From Candidatus Hydrogenedentota bacterium (lineage in GTDB: Bacteria; Hydrogenedentota; Hydrogenedentia; Hydrogenedentales; CAITNO01): a DNA stretch of 41,785 nucleotides. A program made the position numbers and the translations under genes. The stretch's first letter is position 1, and each line of letters starts with the position of its first letter. The stretch spans positions 1 to 41,785 of the forward strand of contig CAIJOU010000953.1 in assembly GCA_903822375.1 (NCBI GenBank), read 5' to 3'. This document shows positions 15,800 to 26,200 of the stretch, in pieces. The notes beneath the pieces are model-generated. The model ran no database searches. It was not told the DNA's origin and saw only the letters and a program-made list of their open reading frames with translations.

Positions 15800-18700
15800 T
15801 CACGGTGCTGTGGTCGGTTGGTAGCTGACATCCAATTCAAGACGGTCCATGACGATTGGACTGTCGCTGGTGCGCGGAGACTCAAGGCGGATTTCAAACG
15901 TGTTGTCACCTGTGCGAATATCCTGGAGGGGCGGCGTTAACCGGAACCAGGCGGATGCGGGGGCTGGTGCCAACGTTTCTTCCGGGGTTGCGGTACCCAG
16001 GTCGGTGCCGTTCAGCGTAACGCGAAGCTGGTCTCCCTGGGCGGCGGCGGATATGCGAATGCGCAGCACGGCATGCGCCGATTTCCCTTCGGGCGCGTTG
16101 GTGGCGACGTCCTCTCCGATGGGGAGTTTGGCCGAAACAGCCGTGTTCGGCGGCAGCGTTATGGGCAGGCGGTCGGGCACCACCAGTCCGGCGCGGTCGA
16201 AACCCCAGAAGTCTCTGGGCTCAATGGGGTCAATGGCGTAAGTCTTGTCGAGCCCTTTGAGGGTGTCGGGCGAGCCCATGCGGCTGTATTGTTCGACGGG
16301 TTCGGTGGGGAAGAGATTGAAGACGTAGATGCCGTCCACACCGGCCTGCCATGCATTCATGGCCGCCCCGTACCAGGCCTCCTTGGTGAAGTAGGTGTGG
16401 GCGGGTTGCAGACCGGAACCGCAGATGTTGGCCATGGCGGGCACGTGGTATTTGTGCGCCAGTTCCACCATGGTCCGCAGTTGCGGCGCCATGGCCATGG
16501 GACCGAGATCGCCGCCAAGCACCAGGATGTCGACCAGATCCTCGTCGAGCCAGGTGTTCAGATCCAAGCCAACGGCCCTGCACCGCTCCACGCTCAGCGG
16601 AATGCGGCAGGAAATCAGGAACGGACGGCCGCGATGTGCCGCCGTGCGGTCGGCCAGCGCGCGCACATTGCGCACAAAGTCGTTCATCATGGCAACGTGT
16701 TCTGGCGTGACGGGCCGGTCCTCGTTGGTTTCGCGGAAGAAGCGGGGGGAACGGAACCAGTCCAGATCGATGCCGTCAATGTCGTAGCGCGTGAACACGT
16801 CCTCAAAGATGCGCAGCAGATGGGCGCGCACTTCGGGCACGGCGAAATCGAGCGCGGCCCACCATTTGCGCGGGTCGGTCATCTCGTACTTGTCCCAGTC
16901 CTCCAATGTGCCGAAGAGATATTCGGGATGTTCCCTTTTCCAACGCGACCGTCCCCACGGGGCAAAGCTGTCCTCGGTGTTGTTCATGCGGCAGGACCAG
17001 AACGTTTCCATGTCCTGTGAGTGGCCGAACCTGACGGCCTCCGCCAGCGGGTCGGTGCCCAGCTTTTCCAGCGCGCGCAGGCCCGAGCAGAGATCTTTGA
17101 CGTATTGCGCCTCGCTGTCCGGGACGAACTCGCCGATGGCCTCCCCGACTTTCGGCACATGCGCCCAGAACAGCCCGCCGCCGCCGGAGCAGAAGCAGAT
17201 GGTGTCGACCTGTGTGCCTGCCAACTGCTTGAGACGCAGCGCGAGGAATTCTTCCGGTGTGGAAAAGGGGCGCGTGTCACAGCCGTCGTCGTTGTACATG
17301 ATGCGGCGCCTGCGCCATGCCGCCGCCTTCCGCGCCTTCTTCATGTCATGAAGGGTTGCCGGGTGGTCAAGCGCCTCCTTCTGTTCTCCCGCATTGAAAG
17401 AATAGAGGGAGGCATTCTTCAAGAAAAAGCGGAGCCGAATGCTCTCCGGCGTGTCCGGCAAGGTGTCTTTCGTCTTCCAATGCACCGGTTCGTTGACGCT
17501 ATCCGCCGAGAGGGGCAGGCAATCGTCGCGGCCGTACCCGTCGATCACGGCGTTCTTTTCGTCCAGAACTTCGACGCGCAGCGTGCCGCCGTCGCGGGTT
17601 GTATAGTTGACGCCAAGCGGCGTGCCGCTATTGTGTGCAGGCGCCGTGGTGACAACGCCCCCTTCGGCGCCCGCGTCCAGCGAGGCGAAGCCGTCCTTGC
17701 GCAGCGTCGCCAGCCCTATCGCGGCCTTGGCGCTGTCCACGGCATGCGTGGCATCGAAGCCGCCATAGTGCAGATTGACGGTATCGCCCTCGACAAGCGG
17801 ATGGTTGGCCGTGTAGATCATGCCGCTGTCCCATGCGCCGGCGGGGCCGAGCGGGAGCAGGGGCGGACGCGGTGCATCCTGCCGGGTCCAATGAACGCCG
17901 TCGCGGCTGCTCACCAGTTCAACAAAGACGGGGCCGTCGTCTCCCGCGGCGGTGATGCGGAAGATCCAAAGGAAGCCGAGGTACTGGGATTCATAGGCGA
18001 ACCCGCACAGGCCGTAGAAATCCGTGTGCTGAACGGGCGCCGTAACCCAACGGTCGTCGTACTCGTCCGGCGTGAGCACGAGCGACGGCGTGGGCCAGGA
18101 TTCGAAATCCTTTGTTTCGTCAAATCCGACGCAGCGCCGCCGAAAACCGCGAACCTCCGTGAACAGCTTGGGGTAGCCAATGTAGCGTGCGGCATGCGCG
18201 TCCCAGGTGAAGTTGCCCACGTCGCCGACCGGGTCGCGCAGCACGGGGTTCTTCGGCGCGTCGGTCCAGTGAATGCCGTCCGGTGAGCAGGCGCCGTAGT
18301 AGCCGCTGACCGTGTTCGTGGGCGGCGTGCGGCCGTAGTCCCAGTTGATGAGTTTGTAGCGCCGTTCCGGGGCGGGGTCCCAGGGCGTGTAAATGACCTG
18401 CGGGTTGTGATCCTCCTTCGTGCGCCGCAGCACGATGTTGTTGTTGGTGTTGCCGCCGCAAGTCACCAACCCCAGGTCAGGCTTTACCCAATGCAGACCG
18501 TCGGGGCTGGTTGCGTAGAGGATATGGTATTCACCCCCGGCCCAACTGTGATACCACATGCGGTAGCCCTTGCCGTCTTCGGACGGCAGGACCGTGCCGT
18601 ACAGGTAGACCGTGCCGCCTTCCCACGGCTTTTCTGGAACCAGCACCGGGTTGGACGGTGACTTCTCGAAGGCGTGGTACACCCGGGAAACGTTTGTCTT

Positions 18701-18826
18701 TTCCACGATGCCGGCGTCGTCCACAAACAACTGCCAGGGACCGGTCAGGTCAGCCGGTGACCGTGGCACGGACGCGGGCGGACCCGCACCCAGCGTGACA
18801 CAGAGCAACACAAGGAAATTGAACAT
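15800..18826 (-). CDS. Large secreted multi-domain glycoside-hydrolase-like protein: beta-propeller + beta-sandwich, GHL10-like TIM barrel, C-terminal beta-sandwich
   Basis: ATG 18826 with GGAGGT 10 nt upstream; the track start at 18838 is GTG. Signal MFNFLVLLCVTLGAG. N-terminal propeller (WQLFVDD, EKPWEGGTVYLYG, YRMWYHSW, YATSPDGLHWVKP) and sandwich (LRKDGFASL...ASLYSFN). Middle region RRRIMYNDDGCD...YDIDGIDLDWFRSPRFF resembles glycosyl-hydrolase-like family 10 (DUF187-type) barrels. C-terminal module of about 150 aa. Confidence 0.75.
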   Translation of the reverse strand: MFNFLVLLCVTLGAGPPASVPRSPADLTGPWQLFVDDAGIVEKTNVSRVYHAFEKSPSNPVLVPEKPWEGGTVYLYGTVLPSEDGKGYRMWYHSWAGGEYHILYATSPDGLHWVKPDLGLVTCGGNTNNNIVLRRTKEDHNPQVIYTPWDPAPERRYKLINWDYGRTPPTNTVSGYYGACSPDGIHWTDAPKNPVLRDPVGDVGNFTWDAHAARYIGYPKLFTEVRGFRRRCVGFDETKDFESWPTPSLVLTPDEYDDRWVTAPVQHTDFYGLCGFAYESQYLGFLWIFRITAAGDDGPVFVELVSSRDGVHWTRQDAPRPPLLPLGPAGAWDSGMIYTANHPLVEGDTVNLHYGGFDATHAVDSAKAAIGLATLRKDGFASLDAGAEGGVVTTAPAHNSGTPLGVNYTTRDGGTLRVEVLDEKNAVIDGYGRDDCLPLSADSVNEPVHWKTKDTLPDTPESIRLRFFLKNASLYSFNAGEQKEALDHPATLHDMKKARKAAAWRRRRIMYNDDGCDTRPFSTPEEFLALRLKQLAGTQVDTICFCSGGGGLFWAHVPKVGEAIGEFVPDSEAQYVKDLCSGLRALEKLGTDPLAEAVRFGHSQDMETFWSCRMNNTEDSFAPWGRSRWKREHPEYLFGTLEDWDKYEMTDPRKWWAALDFAVPEVRAHLLRIFEDVFTRYDIDGIDLDWFRSPRFFRETNEDRPVTPEHVAMMNDFVRNVRALADRTAAHRGRPFLISCRIPLSVERCRAVGLDLNTWLDEDLVDILVLGGDLGPMAMAPQLRTMVELAHKYHVPAMANICGSGLQPAHTYFTKEAWYGAAMNAWQAGVDGIYVFNLFPTEPVEQYSRMGSPDTLKGLDKTYAIDPIEPRDFWGFDRAGLVVPDRLPITLPPNTAVSAKLPIGEDVATNAPEGKSAHAVLRIRISAAAQGDQLRVTLNGTDLGTATPEETLAPAPASAWFRLTPPLQDIRTGDNTFEIRLESPRTSDSPIVMDRLELDVSYQPTTAP

Positions 18827-18874
18827 CGGGAGAAACACCTCCTGCGTGGAAGATGGTCGAACTGCCGATGGCCC

Positions 18875-19720
18875 CTATCCCACGATTCCGCGCAGGAACT
18901 CCACGCTCTGACGGATATTGTCGTCCGCGCCGTAGCATTCGAGCGAGACCACGCCGTCCCACCCGGTTTCCAGCAGGAAATTGAGGCAGTTGCGGATGTT
19001 GTCGGCGTTGACGCCGCCGCCGATGGGCACTTCGCTGCACGCGATGCCCGTCTCCTCGCCGCGCACGGCCGCGGCCAAGCCCGCGCTCACGTCCTTGATG
19101 TGGCAGTGCGAGACCCACGGGCGCAGCACCTTGAGGTATTCCAGCGGGTCGTGGCCGGCGATGAAGCTGTTGCCCGTGTCGAAGTTGCAGCGCAGGTATT
19201 CGGAGTCGAAATGCTTGAACAGGCGCTGCATGAACTCGGGGTCGTTCGTGTAGGGGCCGTGCGGCTCGACGTTGATGATGACCCCGTAGTCCTCCGCCCA
19301 CGGCAGCACCTGGCGGTAATTGTCGCAGGTGGTGCGGAACACCTCCTCGCGGGTGTACCCCTCGATCTCCGCCGCGCCGTCCACCGTGTCCACCATGTGA
19401 CAGTCCAGTTCGGCCGCAAAGCGGATGGACTGCTGAACATACTGCACGCCGAAGGCAGACCCTTCCGGACCCATGAACGGATAGGACCCGTCGACCTGGG
19501 AGATGACGAGGCCCTTGCTGTCGCAGTAGCGCTTGAGCGCGCGGGGATTGGACTGGAGCGATATGCCCGGTTCATAACCCATCGCCTGGATGAAATACTG
19601 GCCGTGGATTGCCGAAAACTCCAAATGCTTCAACCCGTACTTGACCGCCGTCTCCGCTGCCTGCCTGAACCCGCCGCTGAGCGGCCGCCAGTTGTCGGTG
19701 TGCATGCCCAATTCAATCAT
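18875..19720 (-). CDS. Sugar phosphate isomerase/epimerase (xylose-isomerase-like TIM barrel)
   Basis: ATG 19720 is preceded by GAGGAGGAG. 281 aa: MIELGMHTDNW...LKHLEFSAIHG...INVEPHGPYTN...CNFDTGNSFIAGHDPLEYL...HCHIKD. The 154 upstream codons in the track ORF are Arg/Pro/Ala-rich and look non-coding. Confidence 0.85.
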   Translation of the reverse strand: MIELGMHTDNWRPLSGGFRQAAETAVKYGLKHLEFSAIHGQYFIQAMGYEPGISLQSNPRALKRYCDSKGLVISQVDGSYPFMGPEGSAFGVQYVQQSIRFAAELDCHMVDTVDGAAEIEGYTREEVFRTTCDNYRQVLPWAEDYGVIINVEPHGPYTNDPEFMQRLFKHFDSEYLRCNFDTGNSFIAGHDPLEYLKVLRPWVSHCHIKDVSAGLAAAVRGEETGIACSEVPIGGGVNADNIRNCLNFLLETGWDGVVSLECYGADDNIRQSVEFLRGIVG

Positions 19721-20235
19721 GATGCGCTCCTCCTCATGTTGGGGTTGTGTCGTCGGTCCGAGTGTCCCAAACGACCTGAGAAGAGCATAGCAGGTGGCGG
19801 CGGGGTGTGTGAAGCGAAGCATAACGTCCCGGCGCCGGGCGCAGCGGGAACTGAAACGGTCTCCTCCAGGCCCGCGCCGGCGGACCCGGCTGCGGGCCCC
19901 GGCGGCCATGGTTCGCGCCGAATTTGTTTCCGCGCGTGCAGCCGTTCGCACAGGCTTCTTTCCTGGGACCATAATGGAGGTCCCTGTCAGCAAGGCGAAT
20001 ACGGCCGTGTTCTGCGCGGGGTTGGCATTTGCCGACCTCCGGGCTGAGGTGGGACGAAACATTGGAACCGGAACGCCCTGCACGTCGAATTTGCGGTGGA
20101 AAAGAGGCCGGATGGGCGGAGGTGAATGCGGACAGTTGCTTGGAGTAATATAAGGTCTGAGATGCGCCTCTTCCGGCGTCACAATGGTCTTGGGAACAGT
20201 TGGAGTCTATTTCAAAACAAAAGGTAGGCAGATCC

Positions 20236-23200
20236 ATGAAAATGTATCTCTATGTTCTCGGTGTTCTAGTGCTTGCGGCCGTTTTGGGGATTGGCAGCGG
20301 CTGCCAGCCGGGCGAACCGGTGCCCGTGCCGGATCTGGTCGGCCACACCCAGGTGGATGCGGTCTTGGCGCTCGACGCCGCGGGACTCGTTCTGGGGACG
20401 GTGACCGAGCAATACAGTGAGAATGTTGCCGAAGGGTTGGTGATTAGCCAAATGCCTGCATTCGGAAATTTCCTGGTGCCGGGCGAGGCTGTGGATCTGG
20501 TGCTTTCCAAGGGTCTCCATCCCATGGTTGTGCCCGATGTTGTCGGGCAAACCCAACTCTCTGCAACCCTCGCGATTATTCACGCTCATCTGATTGTGGG
20601 AGAGGTGACCAGGCAGTACGATGCCACGGTTCCATCAGGAAGTGTGGTCAGTCAGAATCCCGCGGCGGGCGCGTCATTGGAAGCCGGCATGGGAGTGGAT
20701 TTGGTTTTGTCCAGGGGGCCGCAGCCCGTGACCGTGCCGAATGTGGTGGGCATGACCCAGGCAGCGGCGGATTCAGCGATAGTCGCCGCCGGTCTTGTTG
20801 CGGGTGCGGTGACCAATCAGTACAGCGCCACAATCCCCGCGGGCGAGGTCATCGACCAGACGCCGGCGGCGGGCGCGATCGTGCCTGGGGGTACTGTGGT
20901 GGCCCTCGTTGTTTCCAAGGGCCCGCAGCCTGTGACCGTGCCGAATGTGGTGGGCATGACCCAGGCGGCGGCGGGCACGGCAATAACCGGCGCGGGACTC
21001 ACCGCGGGTGCGGTGACCCAGCAGTACAGCGGCACCGTTCCCTCAGGCAGTGTCATCAGCCAGACACCGGTGGCGGGCGCAAGCGCGCTTCCCGGCACCG
21101 CGGTGGACCTCGTTGTTTCCAAGGGTCCCCAACCCGTGACCGTGCCGGATGTTGTGGGCATGACCCAGTCAGCGGCGGGAACGGCGATAGTCGGTGCGGC
21201 CCTCTACGTGGGTGAGGTGACCCAGCAGTACAGCGCCACCGTCCCCTCAGGCCAGGTTGTCAGCCAGACACCGGCGGCGGGCACGGTCGTGCTTCCGGGA
21301 ACCATGGTGGACCTCGTTGTTTCCAAGGGCCCCCAACCTGTAACGGTTCCGGGCGTGGTGGGCGTGACCCAGGCGGCCGCGAGTACGGCGATAATCAATG
21401 CGGGGCTTACGGTGGGCGCCGTGACCCAGCAGTACAGCGCCACGGTTCCTGCCGGCAATGTCATCAGTCAGGCACCGTTGGCGGGCGCGAGCGCGCTTCC
21501 GGGCACTGCGGTGGCCCTGGTTGTTTCCAGGGGTCCGCAGCCTGTGACGGTTCCGAACGTGGTCGGCATGACCCAGGCGGCGGCGGGCACGGCGTTAACC
21601 GGTGCGGGACTTGCGGTGGGCGCCGTGACCCAGCAGTACAGCGCCACGGTTACTTCGGGTAATGTCATCAGTCAGGCACCGTTGGCGGGCGCGAGCGCGC
21701 TTCCGGGCGCTGCGGTGGCCCTCGTTGTTTCCATGGGCCCGCAGCCTGTGACGGTTCCGAACGTGGTCGGCATGACCCAGGCGGCGGCGGGCACGGCCAT
21801 AACCAGTGCGGGACTCACGGTGGGTGCCGTGACCCAGCAGTACAGCGCTTCGGTCCCCACCGGGAAAGTCATCAGTCAGGTACCGTTGGCGGGCGAGAGC
21901 GCGCTTCCGGGCGCTGCGGTGGCCCTCGTTGTTTCCAAGGGTCCGCAGCCGGTGACGGTTCCGGACGTGGTGGGCGTGACCCAGGCAACGGCCGGTACGA
22001 TGATAACCACCGCGGGACTTGTGGTGGGTGCGGTGACGGAGCAATACAGCGCCACGGTCCTGTCGGGCAGAGTGATCAGCCAGAACCCGCTTTCGGGCGC
22101 AAGCGTCCTTCCGGGCACCGCGGTGGCCCTTGTTGTTTCCAAGGGCCCGCAGCCCGTTACCGTGCCGAATGTGGTCGGCATGACCCAGGCGGCGGCGGGC
22201 ACCGCGATAGCCAACGCGACACTTGCGTTGGGTGCGGTGACGGAGCAGTACAGCGCCACCGTCGCCGCCGGCAATGTCATCAGTCAGGACCCGATTTCGG
22301 GTACAAGCGTGCTTCCGCACACTGCGGTGGCCCTCGTTGTTTCCAAGGGCCCGCAGCCCGTTGCCGTGCCGGACGTGGTCGGCATGACCCAGGCGGCGGC
22401 GGGTACGGCGATAACCAATGCGGGACTTGTGGTCGGTTCGGTGACCGAGCAGTACAGCGCCACGGTTGCCTCGGGCAATGTTATCAGTCAGTCGCCGCTT
22501 GCGGGCGAGAGCGCGCTTCCGGGCGCTGCGGTGGACTTGGTTGTTTCCAAGGGCCCGCAGCCCGTGTCCGTGCCGGACGTGGTCGGCACGCCGCAGGCAA
22601 CCGCCGAAGCCACAATCGTCGGCGCAAGCCTCGCGGTGGGCGTGGTGACCACGCAGTATAGCGACACCGTTGCCTCGGGCAATGTCATCAGCCAGTCGCC
22701 GCTTGCGGGCGCGAGTGAGCTTCCGGGCACCCCGGTGGACTTGGTTGTGTCCCTTGGAATCAGACCCGTGCCGGACGTGGTCGGTCTGCCGCAGGCGACT
22801 GCCGAAGCCGCAATCACCGGCGCCAACTTCACAGTGGGTGCGGTGAGCACGCATTACAGCAGCACCGTTGCCGCGGGCAATGTCATCAGTCAGTTCCCGC
22901 TTGCGGGCGCGTTTGAGGTTTCGGGCACCCCGGTGGACTTGGTCGTGTCCCTCGGGCAGGCACCCGTTCCGAACGTGGTCGGCATGACGCAGGCGGCCGC
23001 CGAAGCGGCAATTGTCGCCGCCGACTATACGGTGGGTGTGGTGACAAAGGACTACAGCGCCACCGTTCCCGCTGGCAATGTCATCAGCCAGAACCCGGTT
23101 GCGGACACGCCTGTGCCGCCGGGCGCCCCGGTGGACCTGGTCATATCCCTTGGCCCGCATCCCGTGACCGTGCCGGACGTGGTGGGCATGGCCCAGGCGG

Positions 23201-26200
23201 CCGCCGGAAGCGCAATCACCGGCGCGGGGCTCACAGTGGGCTCGGTGAGCACCGAGTATAGTGTGACAGTCCCCGCGGGCGATGTCATCAGCCAGTCCCC
23301 GCTTGCGGGCGACAGTGTCCTGCCGGGCACCCCGGTGGACTTGGTCGTGTCCCTCGGACACCCACTCGTTCCGGATGTCGTCGGCCTGTCTCAGGCGGCC
23401 GCCGAGACGGCCATCTTGGCCGCCGACTTCACCGTGGGTGCGGTGACAGACCAGTACAGCACCACCGTCCCCGCGGGCAGCGTCGTCAGCCAGTCCCCGC
23501 TTGCGGGTGCCAGCGCCACTTCCGGCACCCCGGTGGACTTGGTAATATCTCTTGGTCCTGAGCCCGTGACCGTGCCGGACGTGGTGGGCATGGCCCAGGC
23601 AGCCGCCGGAAGCGCAATCACCGGTGCTGGACTTGTGGTGGGCGTTGTGACCCTGCAGTACAGCGACACGGTTGCGGCGGGCGATGTCATCAGTCAAAAC
23701 CCGCTTGCAGGGGAGACAGCGCTTACAGGCTCCGCAGTGGACCTCGTTGTCTCCAACGGCCCGCAGCCCGTGCTTGTGCCGAACGTGGTGGGCATGACCC
23801 AGGCGGATGCCGAGGTTGCGATCATCGCCGCGGGGCTCGCCACGGGTACGGCAACCCAAGCGTTCAGCGCCACCGTCCCGGTGGGCGATGTCGTCAGCCA
23901 GTCCCCGCTTGCGGGAACAGGCGTCCTTCCGGGCTCCGCAGTCGACTTGGTTGTGTCCAAGGGGCCGCAGATGGTGACCGTTCCAATTCTGGTGGGTCTG
24001 ACCATCAATGATGCGATTGTGGCGATATTAACCGCAGGGCTCACCACGGGTGCGGTGACGCAGGTGTACAGCGAAACTGTTCCCGCGGGCTATGTAATCA
24101 GCCAAAGCCCGCTTGCAGGCGCAAGTGTGCCGCTGGGCTCTGCGGTGGATGGGGTTCTCTCCCTGGGGCCGCAGCCGCGCGTGACCGTGCCGGATGTGGT
24201 CGGCACGCTGCAGGCCACCGCCGAAAGCACCATCACCGGCGCGGGGCTTACGGTGGGCACGGTGACCACGCAGTACAGCCCCACGATCGCCGCAGGCAAT
24301 GTCATCAGCCAGTCTCCGCTTGCGGGTGCCAGCGTCCTGTCGGGCGCTCCGGTGGACTTGGTAGTGTCCCTTGGGCCTGCGCCCGTGCCGGACGTGGTGG
24401 GTCTGCCTCAGGCCACCGCCGAAGCCGCAATCGTCGCTGCCGACTACACGGTGGGCTCGGTGACCCTGGAGTATAACCTCACCGTTCCCACGGGCAACGT
24501 CATCAGTCAATCCCCGCTTGCGGGCGTGATCGAGCTTCCAGGCACTCCGGTGGATTTGGTGGTGTCCCTTGGGCCCAAACCCGTGGTCGTGCCGGACGTG
24601 GTGGGTACCCCGCAGGCAGCCGCAGAAGCCGCCATCATCGGCGAGGGCCTTACGGTGGGCACGGTGACCCAGGAGTACCACGCCACAGTCCCGGCAGGCA
24701 ATGTTATTAGCCAGTCGCCGGTTGGGGGTACAACCGCCCTGTCGGGCGATCCGGTGGCCTTGGTCGTGTCCCTTGGGCATGCGCCCGTGCCGGACGTGGT
24801 CGGTATGACGCAGGCGGCCGCCGAAGCCGCAATCGTCGCTGCCGACTATACGGTGGGTACGGTGACCACGGCGTACAGCGCCAGCGTCCCTGTTGGCGAT
24901 GTCATCAGCCAGAACCCGGTTGCGAACACGCCCGTGCCGCCGGCTACTCCGGTGGCCCTGGTAGTCTCCCTGGGTCCCCAGCCTGTTCCCGTGCCGGATG
25001 TGGTGGGCGAGCCGAAGGATTTCGCCGAAGCCACAATCGTCACCGCGGGGCTCACCGTGGGCACGGAGACTGGGCAGTATAGTGACACGGTCGATGTAGA
25101 TACTGTCATCAGCCAGAATCCGGTAGCTCTCACGCTTGTACTGCCGGGCTCCCCGGTGGACTTGGTCGTGTCTCTCGGACCCCTGACGGTGCCGAACTTG
25201 TTCAATCTGCCTCTGGCGGACGCCACGACCGCGCTCACCGACCTCGGTTACGTGGTGGGCGTGGTGACTGACGCGTACAGCCCCACCATCCCCGTCGGCA
25301 ACGTCATCAGCCAGGACCCGCTTGCGGGGTGGATCGAACCGGTGGGTACCTCGGTGGACTTGGTACTGTCCAAGGGGCCTGAGCCCGTGCCCGTGCCGAA
25401 TGTGGTCGGCCTGCCGCAGGCAGGCGCCGAAAGCCTTATTACCGGCGCCGGACTTGTGAGAGGTACGGTCACCACGCAGTACAGTGACACCATTCCTTCG
25501 GGCAGTGTCATCAGCCAGGCCCCGCTCGCGGGCATCATTGTTATGCCGGGCACCCCGGTGGACTTTGTCGTGTCCCTTGGGTTCGTGCCCGTGCCGGACG
25601 TTGTCAGCCTCCCGCAGGCAACTGCCGAAAGCACAATCGTCGCCGCCGGCTACACGGTGGGCAACGTGAGCACGCAGTACAGCAGCACTGTTCCGGCGGG
25701 CACTGTTATCGGCCAGAATCCGCTTGCGGGCACGCCCTTGCCGCCGGGCACACCGGTGGACCTGACCGTATCCCTTGGACCTCAGCCCATACCCGTGCCG
25801 GACGTGGTCGGAATGCTGCAGGCAACCGCCGAATCCACCATACTCAGCGAGGGATTCACGGAGGGCGTGGTCACGGAGCAGTACAGCGCCACCGTCGTGG
25901 CGGGCAATGTGATCAGCCAGAACCCGCTTGCGGGAGCGCTTGAGCTTCCGGGCACTGTGGTCGCCTTGGTCGTGTCCAAAGGGCCCGAGCCCGTGACCGT
26001 TCCGGATGTGGTGGGCCTGCCGGAGGCAGGCGCCGAAGGCGTAATTACCGCTGCGGGGCTCACGGTGGGAATTGTGACCGATGACTACAGCATCACGGTC
26101 CCCTTGGGCGACGTGATCAGCCAATCCCCGTCTGCGGGCAACAGTGTGCTGCCAGGCGTCTCAGTGGACTTGATTGTGTCCAAGGGGCCGGAATTGGTGA

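Noticed and set aside
19794-20153. 119-aa plus-strand ORF, and a 167-aa minus-strand ORF at 19734..20237, in the long gap upstream of the PASTA gene
   Set aside because: Both are extremely Arg/Pro/Ala/Gly-rich with no SD and no motif. The region is treated as non-coding leader or promoter DNA.
21595-26124. Two long minus-strand ORFs (754 aa and 698 aa) and many 60-130-aa ORFs inside the PASTA gene
   Set aside because: They are periodic antisense or off-frame readings of the 204-bp repeat (repeating ...RHGHGLRA.GNN.VHR... strings). Only the plus-strand frame gives a known domain, and it tiles perfectly.
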